Program-made: the position numbers and the translations under genes | Shown here: one piece after another, positions 1-8,007 of the stretch | How positions within the stretch are numbered: position 1 is the first letter of the stretch | Layout of the letters: each line of letters begins with the position of its first letter | Notes under the pieces: model-generated | The model's database searches: none | Seen by the model: only the letters and a program-made list of their open reading frames with translations | What the model was told of the DNA's origin: nothing | Assembly (NCBI RefSeq): GCF_025351295.1 | Contig: NZ_JANXWD010000087.1 | Span: forward strand, 25,785-89,784 | Direction: 5' to 3' | Source of the DNA: Phenylobacterium sp. | Lineage (GTDB): Bacteria > Pseudomonadota > Alphaproteobacteria > Caulobacterales > Caulobacteraceae | Length of the DNA stretch: 64,000 nucleotides

Positions 1-732
1 CAGGTCCACGGCGACAAGGGCCCGGTGATCCTGCTGACCCACGGCTATTCGGCGACGTCGCAGATGTGGGAGGGCCAGGTCGAGGCGTTGTCGAAGGACC
101 ACAAGCTGGTGATCTGGGACATGCGCGGCCACGGCCAGTCCGACAGCCCGGAGGATCCCGCGCTCTATTCCGAGCCGGCCACGGTGGCCGACATGGCGGC
201 CTTGCTGGACGCGGTGGGCGCCGGGACCGCCATCGTCGGCGGGCTGTCGCTGGGCGGCTACATGTCGCTGGCCTTCAACCGGGTGCATGGCGACCGGGTC
301 GAGGCCCTGCTGATCATCGACACGGGTCCCGGCTACAAGAACGACCAGGCGCGCGAAGGCTGGAACAAGACCTCGTTGAAGACCGCCGAGCGCTATGAGA
401 TCGAAGGCCTGGCGCTGCTGGAGAAGGGCAGCGCGGAGCGGCGGACGGCGCGGCACAAGTCCGCCAAGGGGCTGGCCCTGGCGGCGCGGGGCATGCTGAC
501 CCAGCGCGACGCGGGGGTGATGGCCTCGCTGCCGGAGATCAAGGTCCCTGCGATCGTGGTGGTGGGCTCGGAGGATACACCGTTCCTGGCGGCCAGCGAC
601 TACATGGCCGCCAAGATCCCCGGCGCGAAGAAGGCGATCATCGAGGGCGCCGGTCACGCCGCCAACATCGACAAGCCCGAGGCGTTCAACGCCGCGATCC
701 TGGGCTTCCTTAGTGGCCTCAAACAAAGTTGA
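1..732 (+). CDS. alpha/beta hydrolase (5'-truncated by window edge)
   Basis: Frame is open from base 1. HG oxyanion motif (LTHGY), DMRGHG, nucleophile elbow GLSLGG, catalytic His in GAGH. Confidence 0.9.
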   Translation, partial: QVHGDKGPVILLTHGYSATSQMWEGQVEALSKDHKLVIWDMRGHGQSDSPEDPALYSEPATVADMAALLDAVGAGTAIVGGLSLGGYMSLAFNRVHGDRVEALLIIDTGPGYKNDQAREGWNKTSLKTAERYEIEGLALLEKGSAERRTARHKSAKGLALAARGMLTQRDAGVMASLPEIKVPAIVVVGSEDTPFLAASDYMAAKIPGAKKAIIEGAGHAANIDKPEAFNAAILGFLSGLKQS

Positions 733-778
733 GCCGTAACAACGGTCGCTTAACCGTGGCCGTGGGACACTCGCGACC

Positions 779-1063
779 ATGGAAGTTGTGAACGGCTACG
801 TGTGCAAGAACTGCACGGACGTGGACTACGCCAAGAAGAACATCGACCCCGCCAAGCCCAAGGACGGGCCGAACGGCGTCTATGCGACCGACAAGGCGAA
901 GGCCGCGGAAAAATCCAGGGACGCGGCGAAACCCGCCGACGGTCCGGTGGACCGCGGCCCGGCCGTGACCCTCAGCGGCGCCCTGGCCAATGTGACCCAG
1001 GTCCCCAGGGCCGAGGCGCAGCAACCCTACAAGCCCGGCTCCGGCTTCACCTTCACCGCCTGA
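779..1063 (+). CDS. small hypothetical protein with N-terminal CxxC
   Basis: 94-aa ORF with GC3-rich codons; VNGYVCKNC motif. Confidence 0.75.
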   Translation: MEVVNGYVCKNCTDVDYAKKNIDPAKPKDGPNGVYATDKAKAAEKSRDAAKPADGPVDRGPAVTLSGALANVTQVPRAEAQQPYKPGSGFTFTA

Positions 1064-1098
1064 CGGCCTAAGCTGCCCCATCGTGGGAGGGTAGGCGG

Positions 1099-2793
1099 AT
1101 GCGCGCGGCTCTGGCTCTGATCGCGGCGATGTGGGCGGGCCCCGCGCTTGCCCAGCCGCACGACATGTCCAAGATGACCGGGATAAGCATGGGCCTGCCG
1201 CCCATGCCGTCGATCTACGCCGGCGAGGCGGACAAGCCCGGCGCACCGGTGTTCAAGGGCCTGGGCGACCACAACATGCCGGTCACGGCGACGCCGCAGG
1301 CCCAGGCGTTCTTCGACCAGGGCGTCAACCTGATGTTCGGGTTCAACCACGCCGAGGCCATCCGCTCGTTCCGCGAGGCCGCCCGGCTCGATCCCGACTG
1401 CGCCATGTGCTGGTGGGGCCTGGCCATGGCGCTGGGCTCCAACATCAACCTGCCAATGCCCGACGACGCGATCGCCCCGGCCTGGGCGGCGCTGAACAAG
1501 GCCCGGGCCCTGGCGCCCAAGGTCACGCCGCGCGAACAGGCCTGGATCGCGGCCCTGGGCAGCCGCTACGCCGCCGACCGCAAGGCCGACCGCGGCCTGC
1601 TGAACGAGGCCTTCGCCGAGGCCATGCGCGGGCTCGCCGCCCGATATCCGGACGACCTCGACGCCCAGGTGTTCTGGGCCGAGGCGATGATGGACACCCA
1701 GCCCTGGGATTACTGGCAGGCCGACGGCATGACGCCCAAGGGCCACGCCGCCGACATCGTCGAGGTGCTGGAGAAGACCATCGCGCGGTCGCCCAACCAC
1801 CCGGGCGCGCTGCATCTCTACATCCACGCCGTGGAGGCCTCGACCACGCCGGAGCGGGCGGAGGGTCCCGCCGACCGCTTGCTGACGCTGATGCCGGGCG
1901 CGGGCCACGTCGTCCACATGCCCAGCCACATCTACTACCGCGTCGGCCGCTACGCCGACGCCGCGCGGGTCAACGAGGACGCCGCCCTGGTGGACGAGCA
2001 GTACATCGCCGCCTGCAAGGCTCAGGGCTTCTATCCGGCCGGCTACTACGGCCACAACCTGCACTTCCTGTGGACCTCGTCGGAGATGGAGGGCCGCTAC
2101 CAGTCGGCCATCGACGCCTCGCGGCGGCTGGTGAAGGCGGTGGATGCGCCGAACCTGTCCAGGCAGATGTCGCTGGCCGAGCTCTACAACTTCACGCCGG
2201 TGGTCACGCTGATGCGGTTCGGCAAGTACCAGGCGGTGCTGGCCGAGCCGCCGCCGGACCGCATGCTGACCCTGGACATGGCCATGTGGCTCTACGCCCA
2301 AGCCTTCGCCCACGCCAACCTCGGCGACCTGCCCACCGCCAAGGCCGACCGCGCCAGGCTGGCCGCACTGCAGACGGCGAAGTTCGCCCGCTACGACGCC
2401 TACAATGTCCCCGCCGCCGCGATGATCGCCGTGGCCCTGGCCTCGGTGGACGGCGAGATCGCGCGCAAGTCCGGGGACCTGCCGGGCGCGGTGGCCGCCT
2501 TCACCAAGGCCCGCGACCTGGAACTGGCGCTGCCCTACACCGAGCCCGCCTACTGGCACCGCCCGGTGGCGCACCTGCTGGGCGCGGCCCTGCTCGAAGC
2601 CGGCAAGCCCGCCGAGGCGGAAGCCGTCTACCGCGACAGCCTGAAGGCCTACCGCCGCGACGGCTGGGCCCTGACCGGGCTGGCGGCCGCGTTGCAAGCC
2701 CAGGGCAAGGTCGGCGACGCCGCCCGCGCCACAGCCGACGCGGCCGAGGTCTGGCGGCGCGCGGACACGAAGATCACCACCTCGCGGCTGTAG
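1099..2793 (+). CDS. secreted TPR-like helical protein with His-rich motifs
   Basis: Signal peptide (ALA-QP); TPR-like repeats; HPGALHLYIH, GHVVHMPSH and GHNLHF motifs. Confidence 0.85.
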   Translation: MRAALALIAAMWAGPALAQPHDMSKMTGISMGLPPMPSIYAGEADKPGAPVFKGLGDHNMPVTATPQAQAFFDQGVNLMFGFNHAEAIRSFREAARLDPDCAMCWWGLAMALGSNINLPMPDDAIAPAWAALNKARALAPKVTPREQAWIAALGSRYAADRKADRGLLNEAFAEAMRGLAARYPDDLDAQVFWAEAMMDTQPWDYWQADGMTPKGHAADIVEVLEKTIARSPNHPGALHLYIHAVEASTTPERAEGPADRLLTLMPGAGHVVHMPSHIYYRVGRYADAARVNEDAALVDEQYIAACKAQGFYPAGYYGHNLHFLWTSSEMEGRYQSAIDASRRLVKAVDAPNLSRQMSLAELYNFTPVVTLMRFGKYQAVLAEPPPDRMLTLDMAMWLYAQAFAHANLGDLPTAKADRARLAALQTAKFARYDAYNVPAAAMIAVALASVDGEIARKSGDLPGAVAAFTKARDLELALPYTEPAYWHRPVAHLLGAALLEAGKPAEAEAVYRDSLKAYRRDGWALTGLAAALQAQGKVGDAARATADAAEVWRRADTKITTSRL

Positions 2794-2840
2794 GTCACAC
2801 TTACGCTGAACAGGGCTGCTCCAGCGACTCTCTTCCCACC

Positions 2841-2970
2841 ATCGTCATGGCCGGGCTTGTCCCGGCCAACCATAAACGCCAGCAGTCGGAAGATGGGCTT
2901 GGCGGGCGCCGCCGCGAACCTGGAGCCATCGGTGCGTATGGGTGGCCGGGACAAGCCCGGCCATGACGAT
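2841..2970. repeat. CGTC-tagged REP-like palindrome doublet
   Basis: Perfect 28-bp inverted repeat ATCGTCATGGCCGGGCTTGTCCCGGCCA (2841-2868 / 2943-2970). Each arm is itself a hairpin. Lies between convergent genes. Confidence 0.9.
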
Positions 2971-3002
2971 CAGCGTGGAGTAACGGGGCGCGACGCTCCG
3001 TC

Positions 3003-3758
3003 CTAGAACCACCCCGCTGCCTTCAACGGCGCGGCGTTGCTGCGGCTGATCGGGACGGTGAGGCCGCACTTCAGCCTGGCCTCGCCCCGGCCGCGCCGCC
3101 AGCGGACCTCGTCGATGGCGTCGGCCGCCACCCACCAGGAGCGGTGGGTCTGGAAGCCCGGGGCGGCTGCGAGTTCGGCCAGGGCGTCGCCGAAGCGGGC
3201 GGTGATCAGTTCGTCGCCGGCGTCGGTGTGGACCCGCAGGTAGTGGTCCTCGGCCTCCACCGCGATCAGGGCGGCGGCGCGGCGCTTGGCCGACAGGCGC
3301 AGGCGGAAGGCCTGGCTCGGGTCTGTCTCCGGGTCTGGGGCGGGCGTGGCGGCGGCCGGCGGCCGGTTCCAGACCAGCTGGCGGAACAGCATGGCGGCGA
3401 AACAGACAACGAACACCTGGAACCACGGCTGCGTCAGGTTCTTCAACGTCAGGTGCATGCCGGCCAGATAGTGGTTGGTCAGGGCGACCAGGACGGTCAC
3501 CCCCGGCGTCATCAGCACGCTGACCGCCATCAGCCGAACCCAGAACTGGCCGGTCAGCCGCTGGACCGGTCGATCGATGGCGACGCCGATCACTCCACCG
3601 CCGACCATGCAGATCAGCCAGTAGACGATCCGCTCCGGCAGCGACCGCTCGGACGAGCCGAACGGTCCCAGCACAGCCATCACCAGGCCGATCCCCGCCC
3701 ACAGGGCCATGTCGGCGGCGAGTCGGGTGACGCGGTGCTGGAACAGGGCGTTCGGCAT
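3003..3758 (-). CDS. membrane-anchored LytTR-family transcriptional regulator
   Basis: About four N-terminal TM segments; C-terminal LytTR domain (AEDHYLRVHT, QTHRSWWV, VPISR). Confidence 0.9.
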   Translation of the reverse strand: MPNALFQHRVTRLAADMALWAGIGLVMAVLGPFGSSERSLPERIVYWLICMVGGGVIGVAIDRPVQRLTGQFWVRLMAVSVLMTPGVTVLVALTNHYLAGMHLTLKNLTQPWFQVFVVCFAAMLFRQLVWNRPPAAATPAPDPETDPSQAFRLRLSAKRRAAALIAVEAEDHYLRVHTDAGDELITARFGDALAELAAAPGFQTHRSWWVAADAIDEVRWRRGRGEARLKCGLTVPISRSNAAPLKAAGWF

Positions 3759-3779
3759 GGCCTCGGGGTGCGGCGGATT

Positions 3780-3876
3780 CGTTCGCGCGATCCTGCCACG
3801 ACTGGCGGATCGACGGCATTCATTCGCGCAGATTGGGCGCCGTTCGCGTCTTGCCGGTGGCGGCGGTTTTCGCGAC
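3780..3876 (+). promoter_or_regulatory. candidate LytTR direct-repeat operator
   Basis: TTCGCG at 3782, 3823, 3843 and 3869 (spacings 41, 20, 26) between the divergent LytTR and DUF2306 genes. Confidence 0.5.
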
Positions 3877-3917
3877 TTGGCATCCCGGTCTCGTCAAAGT
3901 GCGGAGCCGAGAGTCCG

Positions 3918-4535
3918 ATGAATGCCAAGCTTTCCCGAGGGTTGTGGGGCCTGGGCGCCTTTCTGAGCGTCGGCGTGGCGTTGTTCTCCTACCGCTACCT
4001 GGGCCCGCCCAACGTGACGGAGTCGCCGCAAATCCTGGCCAACCTGTTCGCCAGGCCGTTCCTGACGGTGCACGTGGCCGGGGCGGCGACGGCGCTGCTG
4101 GTCTGCGGCTTTCAGTTCCTGCCCGCGTTGCGCCGCCGCCGCGCCATCCACCGCTGGCTCGGACGAGCCTATGTGACAGCCTGCATGGTCGGCGGGGTCG
4201 GCGGACTGGTGATGGCCTTCGGAACCACCTCCGGACCGGTGGCGGCCTGGGGCTTCGGGTTGCTCGCACCGACCTGGATCTTGGTGACGGCGCAGGGTTG
4301 GCTGGCGGCGCGCGCCCGGCGCTTCGACGAGCACCGCGCCTGGATGATCCGCTCGTTCGCCCTGACCTTCGCCGCCGTGACCCTGCGCCTCTATCTTGGC
4401 GCCCTGCAGGCGTCCGGCCTATCGTTCGAGGAGGCCTATCCGATCACCGCCTGGATCTCCTGGGTCCCGAACCTGATCGTCGCCGAGCTCTACCTGCGGC
4501 GGGGCATGAGCCGGCGGCTGCAGGCTGCCGAATGA
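3918..4535 (+). CDS. DUF2306-like membrane protein
   Basis: Six hydrophobic segments; HVAGA, HRWLGRAY and HRAWMIRSFALTFAAVTLR motifs; start taken at MNAKL. Confidence 0.85.
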   Translation: MNAKLSRGLWGLGAFLSVGVALFSYRYLGPPNVTESPQILANLFARPFLTVHVAGAATALLVCGFQFLPALRRRRAIHRWLGRAYVTACMVGGVGGLVMAFGTTSGPVAAWGFGLLAPTWILVTAQGWLAARARRFDEHRAWMIRSFALTFAAVTLRLYLGALQASGLSFEEAYPITAWISWVPNLIVAELYLRRGMSRRLQAAE

Positions 4536-4541
4536 GGTCAT

Positions 4542-4567
4542 CCTGCTGACATACTGATGTCAGCAGG
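4542..4567. promoter_or_regulatory. perfect palindromic operator upstream of GST
   Basis: CCTGCTGACAT-ACTG-ATGTCAGCAGG (11-bp arms; core TGACA-N6-TGTCA); -10-like TAGGGT at 4580-4585. Confidence 0.7.
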
Positions 4568-4607
4568 CAGGGTGCTTGATAGGGTCAGTCGTAATGGGAG
4601 CCCAACG

Positions 4608-5243
4608 ATGTCCGACCTGACCTTCTACACCCACCCCATGTCGCGCGGCCGCATCGTCCGCTGGATGCTGGAGGAAGCGGGCCAGCCCTACGAGACCCGG
4701 CTGCTGGGCTACGGCGAGAGCATGAAGGGGCCGGAGTACCTGGCGATCAATCCGATGGGCAAGGTGCCGGCGATCCGGCACGGCGACACCGTGGTGACCG
4801 AGTGCGGGGCGATCTGCGCCTATCTGGCCGACGCTTTCCCGCAGGCCGGCCTGGCGCCGGCGCACGGCAGCCCGGATCGCGGGCCCTACTATCGCTGGCT
4901 GTTCTTCGCCGCCGGGCCCGTCGAACAGGCCACCAGCCTCCGCTCGCTCAAGGTCGAGGTCCCGACCGAGCAACAAGCCATGGTCGGGTTCGGCAGCATG
5001 TCGGCCGTACAGGACGCCATCGAAGGCGCCCTGAAGGGGCGCGAGTATGTGGCCGGCGACCGCTTCACCGCGGCCGATCTCTACCTGGGCTCGCACCTCG
5101 GCTGGGGCATGCAGTTCGGCGGGATCGAGCGGCGGCCGGTGTTCGAGGCCTACGTGGCGCGGCTCCACGCCCGGCCGGCGGCGATCCGGGCAGTCGAGAT
5201 CGACGACGCGCTCATGGCGAAACAGTCCCAGCCCGCTGAATGA
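4608..5243 (+). CDS. glutathione S-transferase family protein
   Basis: MSRGRIVRW, INPMGKVP cis-Pro loop, TECGAI and FTAAD N-cap motifs. Confidence 0.92.
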   Translation: MSDLTFYTHPMSRGRIVRWMLEEAGQPYETRLLGYGESMKGPEYLAINPMGKVPAIRHGDTVVTECGAICAYLADAFPQAGLAPAHGSPDRGPYYRWLFFAAGPVEQATSLRSLKVEVPTEQQAMVGFGSMSAVQDAIEGALKGREYVAGDRFTAADLYLGSHLGWGMQFGGIERRPVFEAYVARLHARPAAIRAVEIDDALMAKQSQPAE

Positions 5244-5607
5244 GGTCCCAGCGGGTCCCATAGAGGTCCTCGAACACCGCCACGGATCCATAGGGTTCGT
5301 GGCGGGGGGCTTCCAGGAACCGCACCCCGGCGGCGCTCATGCGGGCGTGGTCGCCGGCGAAGTCGTCGGTCTCCAGGAACAGGAACACCCGCCCGCCTGC
5401 CTGGTCGCCGATCCGGGCGGCCTGCTCGCCGACGGCCCTGGCCAGCAGCAGCGCCGCGTCCGAGCCCGGCGGCCTGACCACCACCCACCGCTTGCCGCCA
5501 CCCTGGTCGGTCTCCTCGACCAGCTCGAACCCGGCCTTGCCGACATAGAAGGCGATGGCGTCGTCATAGTCGGCGACGAGGAGGGCGGTGAGGGAGAGGC
5601 GCTGCAT
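5212..5607 (-). CDS. VOC (glyoxalase/bleomycin resistance) family protein
   Basis: DYDDAIAFY, RWVVV, EPYGSVAVFEDLYGTRWDL. Confidence 0.9.
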   Translation of the reverse strand: MQRLSLTALLVADYDDAIAFYVGKAGFELVEETDQGGGKRWVVVRPPGSDAALLLARAVGEQAARIGDQAGGRVFLFLETDDFAGDHARMSAAGVRFLEAPRHEPYGSVAVFEDLYGTRWDLIQRAGTVSP

Positions 5608-5627
5608 CCCGCCGTACTACCGCGCCC

Positions 5628-5778
5628 TTCCTCTTCCGCGAAGCGGGAGAGGGGGACCGTCGCCGAAGAGCCGATGGTGGAGAGGGCAGGCCTCAGGCTC
5701 CGCGGATCGTTTGCCCGCCCAGGACTCACAGACCGGTGCTTGCCCTCTCCACCCCTCTCCCATTGAATGGGAGAGGAA
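5628..5778. repeat. CCTCTCCC/GGGAGAGG hairpin doublet element
   Basis: Arms 5628-5688 and 5741-5778 are imperfect inverted copies; the right arm lacks the internal hairpin. Confidence 0.8.
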
Positions 5779-5787
5779 GATCGGATG

Positions 5788-7815
5788 CTAAGCCCGCGCG
5801 CCCTGCGCCGCCTCCTCGGCCAGGCGCCCGTGCAGCTCCGACATGTGGTCGAAGTCGGCCTCGAAGGCGCCCAGGCCCTGGGTCAGGCCGCGCAGTTCGG
5901 CGATCAGGTCCTGGCGCTCGCTCTGCGGCAGGAAGGCCTCGATGCGTTCCCAGCCGCGCCAGTCCTCGCGGGGGCTGAGGCCCAGGATCTGGCCGCGGCG
6001 GGCGGTCAGCGCCGAGGTGACGTTCGAGGCGCTGGGGCTGGGGGAATAGACGATCAGCTTCTCGATCGGCTCCAGCAGGATCGACCCGACGGCCTTCAGC
6101 GCCTCCTCGATCCCCATGCGGCCGGCGATGCGGAAGGCCATTTCGGAGCTATCCACCGCATGGCTCTGGCCGTCGGTCAGGGTGACCTCCAGGTCGGTGA
6201 CGGGGAACCCGAGCGGGCCCTTCACCAGGCCGTCGCGGACCCCGACCTCCACGGCGGGGATCCACTGCCGGGGGACGGAGCCGCCGACCACCTTGGACAG
6301 GAACACGAAGCCGGAGCCACGGGGCAGGGGGCGGACCTCGATGCTGACATCGGCGAACTGGCCGTGGCCGCCGGACTGCTTCTTGTGCCGGGCCCGGTGG
6401 CCGATCGCCTTGGCCACGGTCTCGCGGTAGGGGGTGCGCGGCTGGACCGTGTCGATCTCGACGCCGTAGCGGCGTTTCAGCCGTTCCAGGGCCAGGCGCA
6501 CATGGCCCTGGCCCTGCCCGGCCAGCAGCACCTGGCGCTGCTCGGCGTCGTGGGTCAGGGAGAGGCCGGGGTCCTCCTCGACCAGCTTGCCGAGCGCGCC
6601 GGACAGGCGGACGTCGTCGTTGCGGTTGCGGGCCATCAGGGCCACGGCGTAGAGCGGCCGGCGCGACCCCGCGGCCGAACGGACCTGCTGGGTCTGGCCG
6701 GTGGTCGACAGGATCTGGCCGCCGCCGGCCTGCTCCACCTTGCCGATGGCGCAGATGTCGCCGACCGGCGCCTTGGCGATCTTCTTCAGGGTCGAGCCCT
6801 GCACCTGGCTGAGGCCTCCGGCGCGGCTCTTCTGGCCGTCGGACATGACGAAGTCCGCGCCGTCCGGCAGGTCGGCGCCGAACACCCGCGCATAGGCCAG
6901 CTTGCCCGACTGGCCGGCATAGGCCGCCTTCAGCACATAGGCGCCCCTGGTGATGCCGAGCCGCTCGGCGGCCTGGGACGATGGCGGGGTCTCGTGGCGC
7001 AGCGCCTTCAGCAGCCGGCGGATGCCGAAGCCGTTCTGGGCCGAGCCGAAGAAGACCGGCACGATCTGGCCGTCGTTCATCTCCTTGACCAGGTCGGCGA
7101 ACACCGCGTCGCGGCTGGGGGTGACGTCGGAGAGCAGCTGCTCCAGGAGTTCGTCGTCGAAGTCGGCGATCTGCTCCAGCATGTGGAAGCGGGCGTCCGC
7201 CTCCTCCTGCTGGAGGTCGCCGGGGATGTCGACCTGTTCGGACGGCTTGCCGGGCCGGTAGACGAAGCAGCGCTCCAGGGCCAGGTCGATGAAGCCGGTG
7301 ACCTTGTCGCCGCTCCAGGTAGGCACCTGCCGGGCGACGAAGGGGGCGGAGGAGACCGGCGCCAGCGCTTCCAGCAGCGCCTGCAGCGAGCCGCGGGCTT
7401 GGTCCATCTTGTTGATGAACAGGGCGTGGGGCACGCCCATCCGCTCCAGTTCGCGCAGCGCCGGCTGCAGCAGCACGGCCTTGGCGGGGTCCGGCTCGGC
7501 GACCACGATGGCCAGGTCGACGGCCGGCAGGGCGGGATCGATCTCGGCGCAGAACTCCAGGGAGCCGGGGCAATCGACGATCACATAGCGGTCGCCCATG
7601 AACTCGAAACCGGCGAGGTTCAGTTCCACCGAGTGGCCGCGGGCGCGGGCCTCCGGGCTGGAGTCGCCCACCTCGCCGGGGCGCACGGCGGTGCCGGTGG
7701 CGGCTTCCAGCAGGGCCTCCATCAAGGCGGTCTTGCCGGCGCTCGTGGGGCCGACGAGCGCCAGCGCCCGAACCGACCCCCCGGATCTGACGCCCACAAT
7801 GTCCTGGATTGCCAT
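5788..7815 (-). CDS. elongation factor G-like GTPase (EF-G2 type)
   Basis: GPTSAGKT P-loop, DCPG, NKMD; domain IV KKQSGGHGQF and HAVDSSEMAF; switch I is RGHSV rather than RGITI. Confidence 0.92.
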   Translation of the reverse strand: MAIQDIVGVRSGGSVRALALVGPTSAGKTALMEALLEAATGTAVRPGEVGDSSPEARARGHSVELNLAGFEFMGDRYVIVDCPGSLEFCAEIDPALPAVDLAIVVAEPDPAKAVLLQPALRELERMGVPHALFINKMDQARGSLQALLEALAPVSSAPFVARQVPTWSGDKVTGFIDLALERCFVYRPGKPSEQVDIPGDLQQEEADARFHMLEQIADFDDELLEQLLSDVTPSRDAVFADLVKEMNDGQIVPVFFGSAQNGFGIRRLLKALRHETPPSSQAAERLGITRGAYVLKAAYAGQSGKLAYARVFGADLPDGADFVMSDGQKSRAGGLSQVQGSTLKKIAKAPVGDICAIGKVEQAGGGQILSTTGQTQQVRSAAGSRRPLYAVALMARNRNDDVRLSGALGKLVEEDPGLSLTHDAEQRQVLLAGQGQGHVRLALERLKRRYGVEIDTVQPRTPYRETVAKAIGHRARHKKQSGGHGQFADVSIEVRPLPRGSGFVFLSKVVGGSVPRQWIPAVEVGVRDGLVKGPLGFPVTDLEVTLTDGQSHAVDSSEMAFRIAGRMGIEEALKAVGSILLEPIEKLIVYSPSPSASNVTSALTARRGQILGLSPREDWRGWERIEAFLPQSERQDLIAELRGLTQGLGAFEADFDHMSELHGRLAEEAAQGARA

Positions 7816-8007
7816 GGCTACGTTCTCCCATCGCCGATGGCGCCGAGGGCGCCCGACTTTGCGGGAGGTCGTGGCGCCCTTGCGCGCGGTTATGGACGGT
7901 CGCAGACCGGTCGAGGCCAGCCAGCGCCGCCCTATGGGATCGAGCCTACGCCCCTATTTTCGCTGAGCACAAACGGCATGGGTCCGCGCTCAAGAGAATG
8001 TGAGGCG

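Noticed and set aside
1027-2697. 556-aa minus-strand ORF (likewise 30638-33706, 37226-39058, 17141-18019 and similar)
   Set aside because: Antisense or alternative-frame shadows of well-supported genes.
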